From a virus (Duplodnaviria; Caudoviricetes), in the IMG/VR virus record IMGVR_UViG_3300045115_000277, positions 1 through 62,467 of that record: a DNA stretch of 62,467 nt. One strand, given 5' to 3'. Shown here one piece after another: positions 1 to 8,115 of this stretch. The position numbers and the translations under genes are program-made. The notes beneath the pieces are model-generated. The model did not search any database. It saw only the letters and a list, made by a program, of their open reading frames with translations, and was not told the DNA's origin. How positions within the stretch are numbered: position 1 is the stretch's first letter; each line of letters opens with the position of its first letter.

Positions 1-243
1 TCATGACTGGTACAGCTTCACTTTCTTGCGCCAGTCGGAGGTGGCTTCCGCCTCCCCGGTCAGGCGTTCCAGATAAGCGTCGATTTCGGCCTGGCTCCAG
101 TGCGGGAGGTTGCCGAATGTGACAGGTGCGGGCAAACGTCCGGCGATGATCTCACGCTCCAGCTCGGCCGGTGAGAGGTCGAGATAGGCGCACACCGTGG
201 CCCTCTTCATCATGCGCGGCCATGAAGGACGATGGACACCCAT
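1..243 (-). CDS. Excisionase / AlpA-like HTH protein
   Basis: 80 aa; pattern MMKRATVCAYLDLS...GRLPAPV...W typical of Xis/AlpA; last gene of the leftward operon. Confidence 0.7.
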   Translation of the reverse strand: MGVHRPSWPRMMKRATVCAYLDLSPAELEREIIAGRLPAPVTFGNLPHWSQAEIDAYLERLTGEAEATSDWRKKVKLYQS

Positions 244-641
244 CAGGCTGGCTCATCGCATGACACGAGGGCGAGAAGGTCGGCGACAGTCACCGCCGCC
301 AGCACCGCGTTGTCGTCGACCGGTTGGCCCGTCAGCTGCTCAAGATGATGGGCGATGCGCAGCCGCGTGAAATCGGTGCCGACGATTGCCGCGCGATCAT
401 CGGTTAGCTTGACCGGCCAGCACATATGCGCGGCGACGATGATGCGCGCGGCGTGACGCTTATCGACGCCGGCGACCCACGCCTTCTCGATGAAGGACAG
501 CGGCGGGCGTTCGCCGTCGCGATTGCACTCCCGGCAGAAGCCGGGCTTCGCGCACGCGCCAGCCATCCAGCGTCCGTCGTTCTGGAGGAACTCGTGCCGC
601 ACGTCGATCCAGTCGCGTCGGATGCGGACGCCTTCACGCAT
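243..641 (-). CDS. Hypothetical phage protein
   Basis: ATG 641 coupled to upstream stop; TGATG overlap with xis; CxxC motif. Confidence 0.55.
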   Translation of the reverse strand: MREGVRIRRDWIDVRHEFLQNDGRWMAGACAKPGFCRECNRDGERPPLSFIEKAWVAGVDKRHAARIIVAAHMCWPVKLTDDRAAIVGTDFTRLRIAHHLEQLTGQPVDDNAVLAAVTVADLLALVSCDEPA

Positions 642-1066
642 GGGCCAGCACCTCCAGCACGTCGTCGGGAAGCCGGAACAGCCCGAGCGCACCCTTGCAC
701 GGCACCGGCTGGGCAAGGGGGACGGGATTGGCGAGCCGGATGCCATAGGGACCGAAGAACCACGGGCTCTCGCTCTCCATCACCGCCCCGCCAAGCTCGA
801 TGCTGCCCACGATCGCGCCGCCAGCGTCACGCATGTCGCGCCAGCTTATGCCCGCCTCGCCCGGCTGGCCGCCGGCTGCACGAAGGCAGGCGCGGACGTG
901 CTCCCAGTCGTCCTGTACGCCGGCGAGGCTCCACCATGCGCTGGCATGAAGCCAAACACGGCCACGATGCCGCCACGGCCCGGGGGCGGTTCTCGATGTC
1001 CTTGTCGAGGTGGAGGATCGCCCACCACCACGGAGCACGGACGCTGATCGCCACTTCGGGGATCAC
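634..1066 (-). pseudogene. ASCH-domain protein split by a 1-nt frameshift near 979-986
   Basis: N-terminal AISVRAPWWWAILHLDKDIENR in one frame; WRHRGRVWLHAS...PWFFGPYG...PCKGALGLF in another; GTGA start overlap at 1066. Confidence 0.75.
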
Positions 1067-1275
1067 GGCTGTTCCCCCAGCCCAGCGGGTGCATAGACCG
1101 GAAACGCCTCCACCTTTCGCCAGCTGTTGGTCTGACGATCCGCCGCAGCCAATGCAGTTGCCTCCGACATGAACACCTGCCCGCAGAGGACCCGATACTC
1201 GCCGTATTGACGGGCCGATCGCGTATGCGCAGCTCGCGCTGCACGAAGCATCCAGGCGATGGGCTGATCGTTCAC
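1063..1275 (-). CDS. Hypothetical phage protein
   Basis: 70 aa; start/stop overlaps with both neighbours. Confidence 0.55.
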   Translation of the reverse strand: MNDQPIAWMLRAARAAHTRSARQYGEYRVLCGQVFMSEATALAAADRQTNSWRKVEAFPVYAPAGLGEQP

Positions 1276-1565
1276 GCCGCACCCCCGATCGCCGACCGAA
1301 ACGCCCGGCCAGCGTCGGTCACATGAATGAACCGCTCGCGCTTGTCCTCGCCGCGGCGACGCTCGACAAAGCCGTGCTCCTCCAGCGTGCCGAGTGCGCG
1401 CGAGACGACGGGCTTGGACACCTTCAAGCTGTGCGCCATCTCGCGCACCTTGAGCGGCTCGTCGTGCTTCATCGCCACGCCCATGATCGCGAGCTGGCGC
1501 GTCGTCAGTTCGAGGTAGGAAGGCGACGTGACGAACGCCACCGCCTGGTCAATCAGGTCAGCCAT
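1272..1565 (-). CDS. MarR-family winged-helix regulator
   Basis: LTTRQLAIM...VSKPVVSRALGTLEEHGFVERRRGEDKRERFIHVTDAG. Confidence 0.85.
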   Translation of the reverse strand: MADLIDQAVAFVTSPSYLELTTRQLAIMGVAMKHDEPLKVREMAHSLKVSKPVVSRALGTLEEHGFVERRRGEDKRERFIHVTDAGRAFRSAIGGAA

Positions 1566-2142
1566 GGTGGATAAGCTCCAGTTCGAGCATGTAGGGGAGA
1601 CAGGTCGGCGGCCGGCGGCGCACGCAGCGCACCATTGCATCGACGCTGATCCACTCGGCGGGAGAGCGCCGGATATGTGCCGCGATGGCGATGGCCGCCC
1701 CGAGGGGATCGTGGATGATGTTTTCGAACGACAGGTTCAGGAACCGCCCGTCGCCGATTCGCGCGACCGCCTGCCGCGCCCGTCCGGTGTCCTGACGGAC
1801 GCTATGCTCCATCGCACGACGCGCGGCGCGGTCGTTGCGCGTACCCAGCAGCTTCAACATGCTTTTCGCCTGCTCGGCCGGGTGGCGCGATAGAAAAATG
1901 GTCCGATACTCCAGCCCTATCGGCGGCGCGTGCAGGTGTGGATCGAGCAGCTTAACCGCCCGGCCCTTCGCCGCCGCGTAGAACTCGCGCTGCGCATCGA
2001 GAGCGGGCAAGCGCAACGTCATCGCGTCTTCGAATGCAGGGTAGACGCCCACAGTCGGCACGCCGGCGGCGGCGAGCATCTGCATGACCAGCGACGAGCC
2101 ACAGCGGCCGAGTCCCGCGACGAGGATGGTCGGCTCAGTCAT
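1558..2142 (-). CDS. Sulfotransferase-like P-loop protein
   Basis: ILVAGLGRCGSSLVMQML resembles the 5'-PSB loop; also LSRHP and LSFENII motifs. Confidence 0.65.
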   Translation of the reverse strand: MTEPTILVAGLGRCGSSLVMQMLAAAGVPTVGVYPAFEDAMTLRLPALDAQREFYAAAKGRAVKLLDPHLHAPPIGLEYRTIFLSRHPAEQAKSMLKLLGTRNDRAARRAMEHSVRQDTGRARQAVARIGDGRFLNLSFENIIHDPLGAAIAIAAHIRRSPAEWISVDAMVRCVRRRPPTCLPYMLELELIHHG

Positions 2143-2341
2143 GGGCCAGCACCGGGCGTTCGTGCGCGCACTTGGGGCACGCGGCGCGCTTCATCAGCAT
2201 CGCGACCCTTTCAATCTGCATAGGCAGGTAGGCGACGATCCAGACGTGGCGGCAGGCGTCGTCACCACATCGCGCCATGACGACGTTCGGCTCCTGCGGC
2301 TGGGGCGCGCCGACGAGGTGGAGGTTGAGCGCGTCAGGCAC
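2135..2341 (-). CDS. Small Cys-rich (zinc-ribbon-like) protein
   Basis: GTG start after GAGGGG; CGDDAC...CPKC. Confidence 0.55.
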   Translation of the reverse strand: MPDALNLHLVGAPQPQEPNVVMARCGDDACRHVWIVAYLPMQIERVAMLMKRAACPKCAHERPVLAHD

Positions 2342-2504
2342 GCCGTTTCCCCTCAACGCGGCCCAGGCAGAACTCGAAGAACAGACCGAGCCATTCAATC
2401 GCGACAGACCAGCCAACAACTTCGTTCTTGATGGATTCGGGTTCGCTTAGCGAACCGCCTCCCCATGACCCGACGCTGACGCGCGGCAGTAAGCTGATCA
2501 GCAT
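2334..2504 (-). CDS. Small hypothetical protein (56 aa, not in ORF track)
   Basis: MLISLLPRVSVGSW...EGKRRA; GGAGG upstream; fills the gap between coupled genes. Confidence 0.5.
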   Translation of the reverse strand: MLISLLPRVSVGSWGGGSLSEPESIKNEVVGWSVAIEWLGLFFEFCLGRVEGKRRA

Positions 2505-2821
2505 GGTTGGTCCTCCGGCATGACCGGCATGTGGGTCCAGCCGATGTGCGTCACGAACTCGTCGGAGATCGGCTCGAACGTCACGTCGCCGTCGCGACCT
2601 TCATAACGCTCGAACCAGCCCGTCACGCAGCCGCTGGGATCATTCGCCCAGTCGGGGCGATCGTCGTCCTCCCATATGAGTTCGACGCGCTTGAGATAGT
2701 AGATTTCGCCGCTTGAGCGGACGCGAAGGGCGTCATTGCTCTCCCAGCAGGCGAGGACGCGCATTTCGACGCCTTCGTCAGCTTCGGGCGCTTGGCTCAT
2801 CGGATACCAATTGAGGCTCAT
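2498..2821 (-). CDS. Hypothetical phage protein
   Basis: MSLNWYPMSQAPE...HIGWTHMP, a common small phage protein pattern; ATGA overlap. Confidence 0.6.
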   Translation of the reverse strand: MSLNWYPMSQAPEADEGVEMRVLACWESNDALRVRSSGEIYYLKRVELIWEDDDRPDWANDPSGCVTGWFERYEGRDGDVTFEPISDEFVTHIGWTHMPVMPEDQPC

Positions 2822-3390
2822 TGGTGGCCCGCCAGTCCGGCGTCGCGCGCGGCATTGACGCGAGCCATCGCTTCCTGCGTGCCCCCTTTGTCGGGGTGCA
2901 CCCGCTGCGCCAGGCGCAGATAGGCGTCGGTAATCTCGCCGCGTGTCGCGTTCGCGCTCACGCCCAGCACCGTGTGCCACGCCTCCGGCGCAGGCAACGC
3001 AACGAACCCTTTGAACGTCTGGCGCACGATGTGCAGCCCGCCATGCCGCATCTCCGTCCGGCGCGCTTCAAGGATGTGGTAGATCGCCTGGAGGTTGTCC
3101 TCCGGCTTCGGGTAGCGGTCGACAGCGATGCAGCGCTGCTCGCCATCCCACATGAACCAGGCCGCGACGCCGGTGTCCTTGGCTGGGGTGAGGTCCAGAC
3201 CTCCCACATTGGACGACAGCACAATGTCCGTCACCGCCTTGCCGCTTTCTCGGCCGAACGCCTGCAACGCCGACTTGACGTTCTTGAGGGCCGCCGACAG
3301 CGACGTCTTGAACTGCGACGAGACCTTCGTCTGCGTGCGCGGCTGGGTGTCAGGCCAATGCAGCGGGTATGGCGGGATAGATGCAGCCAT
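2818..3390 (-). CDS. J-domain (DnaJ-like) protein
   Basis: C-terminal WHTVLGV...AYLRLAQRVHPDKGG...MARVNAA with HPD motif. Confidence 0.85.
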   Translation of the reverse strand: MAASIPPYPLHWPDTQPRTQTKVSSQFKTSLSAALKNVKSALQAFGRESGKAVTDIVLSSNVGGLDLTPAKDTGVAAWFMWDGEQRCIAVDRYPKPEDNLQAIYHILEARRTEMRHGGLHIVRQTFKGFVALPAPEAWHTVLGVSANATRGEITDAYLRLAQRVHPDKGGTQEAMARVNAARDAGLAGHQ

Positions 3391-3486
3391 CGGAAATCCT
3401 TGGGTAGCGGTCCGACCCGCCTCGAAGGCCGGACCGCAGCGGGGGTGAGCGACGCCGTGCAGGGCGCCCGAGGCTCGGGGGGCTCG

Positions 3487-3783
3487 TTAGTTCATCGTCT
3501 CGACGGGATCGCCAATGGCGGCCAACTGGCGGAGATTGCGAGAGAGCAGCGTGATAAATGCCTGCGCCTCGTCTGCGTCGATCCGGGCGAAGAGAGCATC
3601 ACCGCCCTTGGCGTGGAGCGACAGGAACAGCATCGGCTCGCCGCCCACAACGTCGTGGCCGACGCCGATCGCGCCGCCCAGCTGCTCGACATCCGTTGAT
3701 CGGATCGGTTCGACCCGGTCCGGCTTCATCGTCTCGCAAGCCATCAGCGCCATGACCGGGTGCGATATATGGGTGCCGCTCAT
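3487..3783 (-). CDS. Hypothetical phage protein
   Basis: 98 aa, natural composition, ATGA overlap. Confidence 0.55.
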   Translation of the reverse strand: MSGTHISHPVMALMACETMKPDRVEPIRSTDVEQLGGAIGVGHDVVGGEPMLFLSLHAKGGDALFARIDADEAQAFITLLSRNLRQLAAIGDPVETMN

Positions 3784-3917
3784 CGGCGCTTCCTTTCCGG
3801 CTGGGCGATCGATTCAGGCAGCGGCTTGCGCCGATCCGCCTCCACATGGACGCGGCCCCAGTGCGCGCGACCCAAGGTCGGCACGGGCGCGAGCTCCTTG
3901 AAACGCTGCGCGATCAT
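3780..3917 (-). CDS. Small hypothetical protein
   Basis: ATGA overlaps at both ends. Confidence 0.4.
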   Translation of the reverse strand: MIAQRFKELAPVPTLGRAHWGRVHVEADRRKPLPESIAQPERKRR

Positions 3918-4678
3918 AGCCCCGCCTCGTGCTTGAGCCGGTCGCGCTCCGCCATGACGAACGGACGCCACAGTTCGGGAACGCCGCGCCAGTGGTCCGA
4001 CCAGAACTGTTCCGCCGTGCCCGCCATCATCGCCTTGGGCAGGCCGTCGAGAAGCTCCTTCACGACGAGCGGCTTGCGGAACGCCGGGGCGAGGCCGAGC
4101 GTCATCGGCGGCTCTTGCGGCGGGGGCAGAAGTTCCTGCGCGCGCCGGCCGGCAACCTGCGTAGGAGCGGGATCGGGTGTCATACCCATTCTCGTGAACA
4201 GTTCCCGCATTGCGCGCTCCAGCTCGCCGATGCCGGCCGGCGTCCAGCGCTTCCAGATCGGCTTGCCGTTGCGCAGCTGGATTTCACCGTCCCGCCGCAC
4301 GACTTCGCACTGGGCCCAGATCGACGGCAGGCCATAGAGATAACGCCCGATCCCCCACATGACCGCCGCGCGCTTGAAGGCATCGGACAGGCCGCCCTTC
4401 TCGCCTTCCATGGCCGTGGAGCCAGCGCCGTCGCTCTTGGCGGTCCAGCGCGTGCCCATGTCGATCGATATGGTGGCGATCACGCGCCCGCTGGCCGTCT
4501 CGGCAAAACTGCTTTCCCAGCCGGCCGGCCCGCACACATCGTCGAGCCGGTTCTGCACGGCGCGGGACGTGATGTAGCAGAGCGCCATCGCGCGCTGCCC
4601 GTCACGGGACACCTGCTGGGCTCGCCAGCTATGTTCGCTGGGCGCGAAAGGCGCGCGAAGGGCGTCGAGGTCAACCAC
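3914..4678 (-). CDS. Rad52/22-family (Sak-like) single-strand annealing recombinase
   Basis: YITSRAVQNRLDDVCGPAGW...KSDG...EGEKGGLSDAFKRAAVMWGIGRYLY. Confidence 0.9.
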   Translation of the reverse strand: MVDLDALRAPFAPSEHSWRAQQVSRDGQRAMALCYITSRAVQNRLDDVCGPAGWESSFAETASGRVIATISIDMGTRWTAKSDGAGSTAMEGEKGGLSDAFKRAAVMWGIGRYLYGLPSIWAQCEVVRRDGEIQLRNGKPIWKRWTPAGIGELERAMRELFTRMGMTPDPAPTQVAGRRAQELLPPPQEPPMTLGLAPAFRKPLVVKELLDGLPKAMMAGTAEQFWSDHWRGVPELWRPFVMAERDRLKHEAGL

Positions 4679-4880
4679 GGCTGTCCGCCCACTTTGCGAG
4701 CGCGTCCAGCGCCTGTTCGCGCGCGCCGCCCTCCGACACCGACAAGCCTTCACCGTCCGCCAGCTTAGCGTCCACGGTCGCGGACATCAGGCGATCGAGA
4801 GCGCGGGCGAGAGTGGTTGCGACATCGCCGCCGACCGCCACCGGCCGGGGCTCCATCAGAAGCTGTTGCACGGCGCTCAT
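4671..4880 (-). CDS. Hypothetical phage protein
   Basis: ATG 4880 coupled to upstream stop. Confidence 0.5.
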   Translation of the reverse strand: MSAVQQLLMEPRPVAVGGDVATTLARALDRLMSATVDAKLADGEGLSVSEGGAREQALDALAKWADSRG

Positions 4881-5314
4881 AGCGGCAGGCTCTTTGCGAC
4901 GGCGTAGAGCATCAGGAAGAAGCAGACCCCGCCCATACCGACCATCACCGCCTCGTGCCAAAGCTGATTGTGCCAGAGTTTCGACACCATGCGGGCGCGA
5001 TATTCGGGTGTGCCGATCACGAAAGCAGGCGTCGCCTTCGCCTGGCTCAGATACTCTTCGACCCAATCAACCGCATCGTCGTGGTCGGCCGGCATCCCGA
5101 AGGTGCGCGCAAGGCCTTCCAGCCGGCGATATGCTTCGCAGAAGGCGATGATCTCACGCGACGTGGACACCTGTCCGATCGCGGTAATGTCGAGCCAGTG
5201 CTGTTCCAGGCGGAGGATGGCCGCCCGGCCGGTCGTAGAACGCCACGGCGAAGCGGGCGGCACGACGGTGCGGGCTTCGGCGGGCAGAGCGTCAGATGGT
5301 GCAAGCGAGGACAT
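4877..5314 (-). CDS. Hypothetical protein with C-terminal TM helix; first gene of leftward operon
   Basis: GGGAGGG SD; hydrophobic C-terminus. Confidence 0.6.
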   Translation of the reverse strand: MSSLAPSDALPAEARTVVPPASPWRSTTGRAAILRLEQHWLDITAIGQVSTSREIIAFCEAYRRLEGLARTFGMPADHDDAVDWVEEYLSQAKATPAFVIGTPEYRARMVSKLWHNQLWHEAVMVGMGGVCFFLMLYAVAKSLPL

Positions 5315-5341
5315 GCGTCCCTCCCGGTGGTTACGGGAAGG

Positions 5342-5382
5342 ATATTTACAATCCGTTTGTAGCTAGTCAACAACCAATTTGT
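5342..5382 (-). promoter_or_regulatory. Leftward promoter PL with two operators (ACAATCCGTTTGT 5348-5360; ACAACCAATTTGT 5370-5382)
   Basis: Minus-strand TTGACT at 5370-5365 and AT-rich -10 near 5348-5342; ACAA-N5-TTGT palindromes overlap both. Confidence 0.75.
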
Positions 5383-5398
5383 GGATTGCTGGCTTAGT

Positions 5399-5632
5399 TC
5401 ACACCCAACCGGATCCATTGTGTTTGGCACGCCAATAGCGCGCTTTGTTTCTGGCGTCCGACAGAAAGACGATGAAGAGGATCAGCCACGCCAGCAGCGA
5501 GACACCAAATAGGGGCCCGAGCTCGATCGCGCGATGGAAGAGCACTTCCGTCAGAACCAGCGCGTATAGTGCCAGCGTCCAACGCAAGGTGCGTTTGAAA
5601 GCCCAAGCAACATATCCGAGATTGTAGCCCAT
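5399..5632 (-). CDS. Small two-TM membrane protein downstream of cI
   Basis: GGGAGG SD; two hydrophobic segments. Confidence 0.65.
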   Translation of the reverse strand: MGYNLGYVAWAFKRTLRWTLALYALVLTEVLFHRAIELGPLFGVSLLAWLILFIVFLSDARNKARYWRAKHNGSGWV

Positions 5633-5642
5633 ACCTGCCTCC

Positions 5643-6335
5643 CTACTGCACCTTACGCCCATACCAGATCACACGCCCGACCAGACTTACTTCGTCGAGC
5701 AGACGCTCCACTGGGGGGTAAAGATCGGCGTTCTTGCTGACCAGCCGAACACGTGGCGGGTCGCTGTTGTGCACACGCTCAACATATTTCACGACGTGAC
5801 CGTCAACGTCCCACAAGCAAAAAGGGCCGGGCTGAGCCAAGGACTTCCGCCGCGTATCGACCAGTATCTGATCGCCGCCCTCAAAATCCGGTTCCATGGA
5901 GTTGCCCTCCGCCACCATGGCTAAGAGCGACGCGGCCGGAGCGCGCAATTCACGCTCGATCAGGTCGCGCGACATCGAGACGTAACCCTCGTCGCCGTCA
6001 CCCGTACCGCCGGCCCCCATTCCTGCGAAAGTGGGGAGCAGGCGGATCAGCACGCCGGCATCGGTTGTCGCGACCGAGAGGTACGGGTCTTCGCCGGTGC
6101 CCTCATCGGCGTCTTCCAGCGCCATCGCGATAAAGCGGACCCACGACGGCTTACGCTTCGTGTTTCCCTGCTCGAACTTGGAAATGACCTGCTGCGAGAC
6201 GCGCACAGTATCCCCATGCTCGGCAGCCAAGCCGTTGATGCGCGTTGCTAGATCGCTGGCAGACCAGCCCCGCGTGGTGCGCTCTGTCTTACACCAGAGC
6301 CCAGCCGCGCCAGGGTCTTCGGGTTCTCCATTCAT
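5643..6335 (-). CDS. cI: CI-like repressor (HTH + S24 peptidase)
   Basis: VSQQVISKFEQG HTH; AG cleavage site; EGNSMEP and VKYV catalytic motifs. Confidence 0.9.
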   Translation of the reverse strand: MNGEPEDPGAAGLWCKTERTTRGWSASDLATRINGLAAEHGDTVRVSQQVISKFEQGNTKRKPSWVRFIAMALEDADEGTGEDPYLSVATTDAGVLIRLLPTFAGMGAGGTGDGDEGYVSMSRDLIERELRAPAASLLAMVAEGNSMEPDFEGGDQILVDTRRKSLAQPGPFCLWDVDGHVVKYVERVHNSDPPRVRLVSKNADLYPPVERLLDEVSLVGRVIWYGRKVQ

Positions 6336-6346
6336 CGGACAAGCCT

Positions 6347-6405
6347 ACAAAACTTTTGGAATAGGAACTGCTACAAATGGGTTGTTATCGTGACAAACCA
6401 GTTGT
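6347..6405. promoter_or_regulatory. OR operators: ACAAAACTTTTGG 6347, ACAAATGGGTTGT 6373, ACAAACCAGTTGT 6393
   Basis: Three ACAA-N5-TTG(T/G) sites between divergent cI and cro; same consensus as at PL. Confidence 0.8.
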
Positions 6406-6418
6406 AACGTCCAAGACC

Positions 6419-6679
6419 ATGTCCGACTTCACGCTAGAGCGCGCCCTCAATGCTGAGCCCTTTTTGGGCAACCAAACCAAATTTGCATCGGCGATCGGCA
6501 CGTCTCAACAGAACATCTCGAACTGGCTGAAGGCTCGTAAGCGCCTGCCCGGTGAATTTGTCCTGCGAGCCGAAGAAGTGACAGGGATCAGCCGCCATGT
6601 TTGGCGGCCGGACCTTTACCCCCTCGCAGATGCAGCGCGACCTTGCACCGCATCAGAGGGGGCTTGTCCAGCGAATTAA
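6419..6679 (+). CDS. cro: Cro-like (YdaS family) regulator
   Basis: NQTKFASAIGTSQQNISNWL...TGISRHVWRPDLYP; divergent from cI. Confidence 0.85.
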   Translation: MSDFTLERALNAEPFLGNQTKFASAIGTSQQNISNWLKARKRLPGEFVLRAEEVTGISRHVWRPDLYPLADAARPCTASEGACPAN

Positions 6680-6768
6680 TCACGGTTCGCTGAATTTCGG
6701 TTGGTTGGTCTGCCGCATCGTCTTGTGCGGCCGCCATTTCGCGCGCGTTGGGCCGGGGGAGACTGGGC

Positions 6769-6912
6769 TTGAGTATTTTCATTTACGGATTGGTAGCGGC
6801 GGCAGCGGCCGGGGGGCTTGTCATTGGACTCGTAGCGGGTGGCCTCATCACCGTCTGGCGCATCGACCGGCACAACGCCGCCTTCCTCGACGATGAGAGG
6901 GGCGGCGCATGA
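6769..6912 (+). CDS. Small single-TM protein (47 aa, not in ORF track)
   Basis: GGGGGAG SD, TTG start, MSIFIYGLVAAAAAGGLVIGLVAGGLITVW; ATGA overlap with the methyltransferase. Confidence 0.55.
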   Translation: MSIFIYGLVAAAAAGGLVIGLVAGGLITVWRIDRHNAAFLDDERGGA

Positions 6913-7613
6913 GTGTCGCATCCGCAACCGTCCACGTCGGCGACGCCACCCTCCTGCTGGGTGACGCCTACGACCTGCTGCCCACGCTCGGCTGGTTCGA
7001 CATCCTCGTCGCGGACCCGCAATATGAATTCGACAACTCGGGAGGCGGAGCTTACCGGGCCGCGCGCGGTGCAAGCGACCAGATCGTGGAGGAAGGGCTC
7101 GACCAGGGCTTCGACCACACGATCATCAATTCCCTCATGTGCGGGGCCGTCGTCGTCTTCTGTCACAATGACCAACTGCCCGGCCTGCTGACCTACCTCG
7201 ACGGCAACTTTCACCGCTTCGTGGTCAATTTCTGGGCGAAACCAAACCCGGCGCCACACCGGAACAAGCACTATCTTGCGGACACCGAACCCTACATTCA
7301 CGCGTGGAACAGGGGCTATGCGCCTGTCGGCGACCACCACGACATGCACCGGTGGATCGTCGCCAACTCCCAGCCGTCCAAGCTGTTCGGTCATCCCACC
7401 GTCAAGCCCGACGCTGTGATGGAGAAGATCATCGCCAACGTGGGCGGAAACAGCATCTGCGATCCCTTCATGGGCACAGGCTCGACCGGCGTCGCCGCGG
7501 TCAAGGCCGGCAAGCGGTTCGTCGGCATCGAGAAGAACGAAAAGCATTTTCTCACCGCTGTCGGCCGGATCGAGCAGGCGCATCGGGAAACGCTGGAAAG
7601 GGCGGCTGCATGA
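6909..7613 (+). CDS. N6/N4 DNA methyltransferase (beta class)
   Basis: ADPQY, HPTVKP, DPFMGTGSTG, GIE motifs. Confidence 0.9.
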   Translation: MSVASATVHVGDATLLLGDAYDLLPTLGWFDILVADPQYEFDNSGGGAYRAARGASDQIVEEGLDQGFDHTIINSLMCGAVVVFCHNDQLPGLLTYLDGNFHRFVVNFWAKPNPAPHRNKHYLADTEPYIHAWNRGYAPVGDHHDMHRWIVANSQPSKLFGHPTVKPDAVMEKIIANVGGNSICDPFMGTGSTGVAAVKAGKRFVGIEKNEKHFLTAVGRIEQAHRETLERAAA

Positions 7614-7951
7614 TTTGGCCTTTCAAGAGAAACAAAAAACTGAAAGTCGAACGGCCACCAATCAATGAGGATTGGGCACCGGGCGACCTCGCCTACTGCG
7701 TCGACGGCAACTGGGGAGCCGTGACAGGCCCGCCGACGGCATCGATTAGCCGAGTTGAATTCGCATTCCCGGGCGTAGAGCGCGACACGGGTGCGCTTGG
7801 CTGGGGTTTGAAGTTGCAGAGCTGGCCAGACCGCTACGCCGCGACAGCCTTCCGCAAGGTTCGGCCGGATGTAACTGTGTGCTCGACCGAATTTGCCAAC
7901 TTCATGAAGCGACTTCGCAAGAGGCCTGCGCCGGCCGGGGCTGACCAATGA
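7610..7951 (+). CDS. Hypothetical phage protein
   Basis: MIWPFKRNKK...; ATGA overlaps. Confidence 0.6.
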   Translation: MIWPFKRNKKLKVERPPINEDWAPGDLAYCVDGNWGAVTGPPTASISRVEFAFPGVERDTGALGWGLKLQSWPDRYAATAFRKVRPDVTVCSTEFANFMKRLRKRPAPAGADQ

Positions 7952-8106
7952 TTCGCTGCCCCTACACCCGCGACGCGGTGGTCAACATGCTCCCAGTGTT
8001 CCAAAGCGACGAGCATATCGCCCGGCGCGTCTCCAATGCCGCCTATCGCATCAGCGCCGCCGATGTGCGCGCGCTGCGCGTGCGGCAACCATCCACCCGG
8101 CGCTAG
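7948..8106 (+). CDS. Small hypothetical protein (52 aa, not in ORF track)
   Basis: ATGA overlap; MIRCPYTRDAVV...; stop precedes the SD of the next gene. Confidence 0.5.
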   Translation: MIRCPYTRDAVVNMLPVFQSDEHIARRVSNAAYRISAADVRALRVRQPSTRR

Positions 8107-8115
8107 GAGAAGACC

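Noticed and set aside
2340-2500. Apparent intergenic gap as a possible tRNA/ncRNA or LexA site
   Set aside because: Filled by a coupled 56-aa ORF; no cloverleaf; GTTC-N7-ATTC is imperfect and intragenic
7011-7025. DPQY instead of DPPY as an inactive methyltransferase
   Set aside because: A single substitution with all other motifs intact; inactivity cannot be inferred
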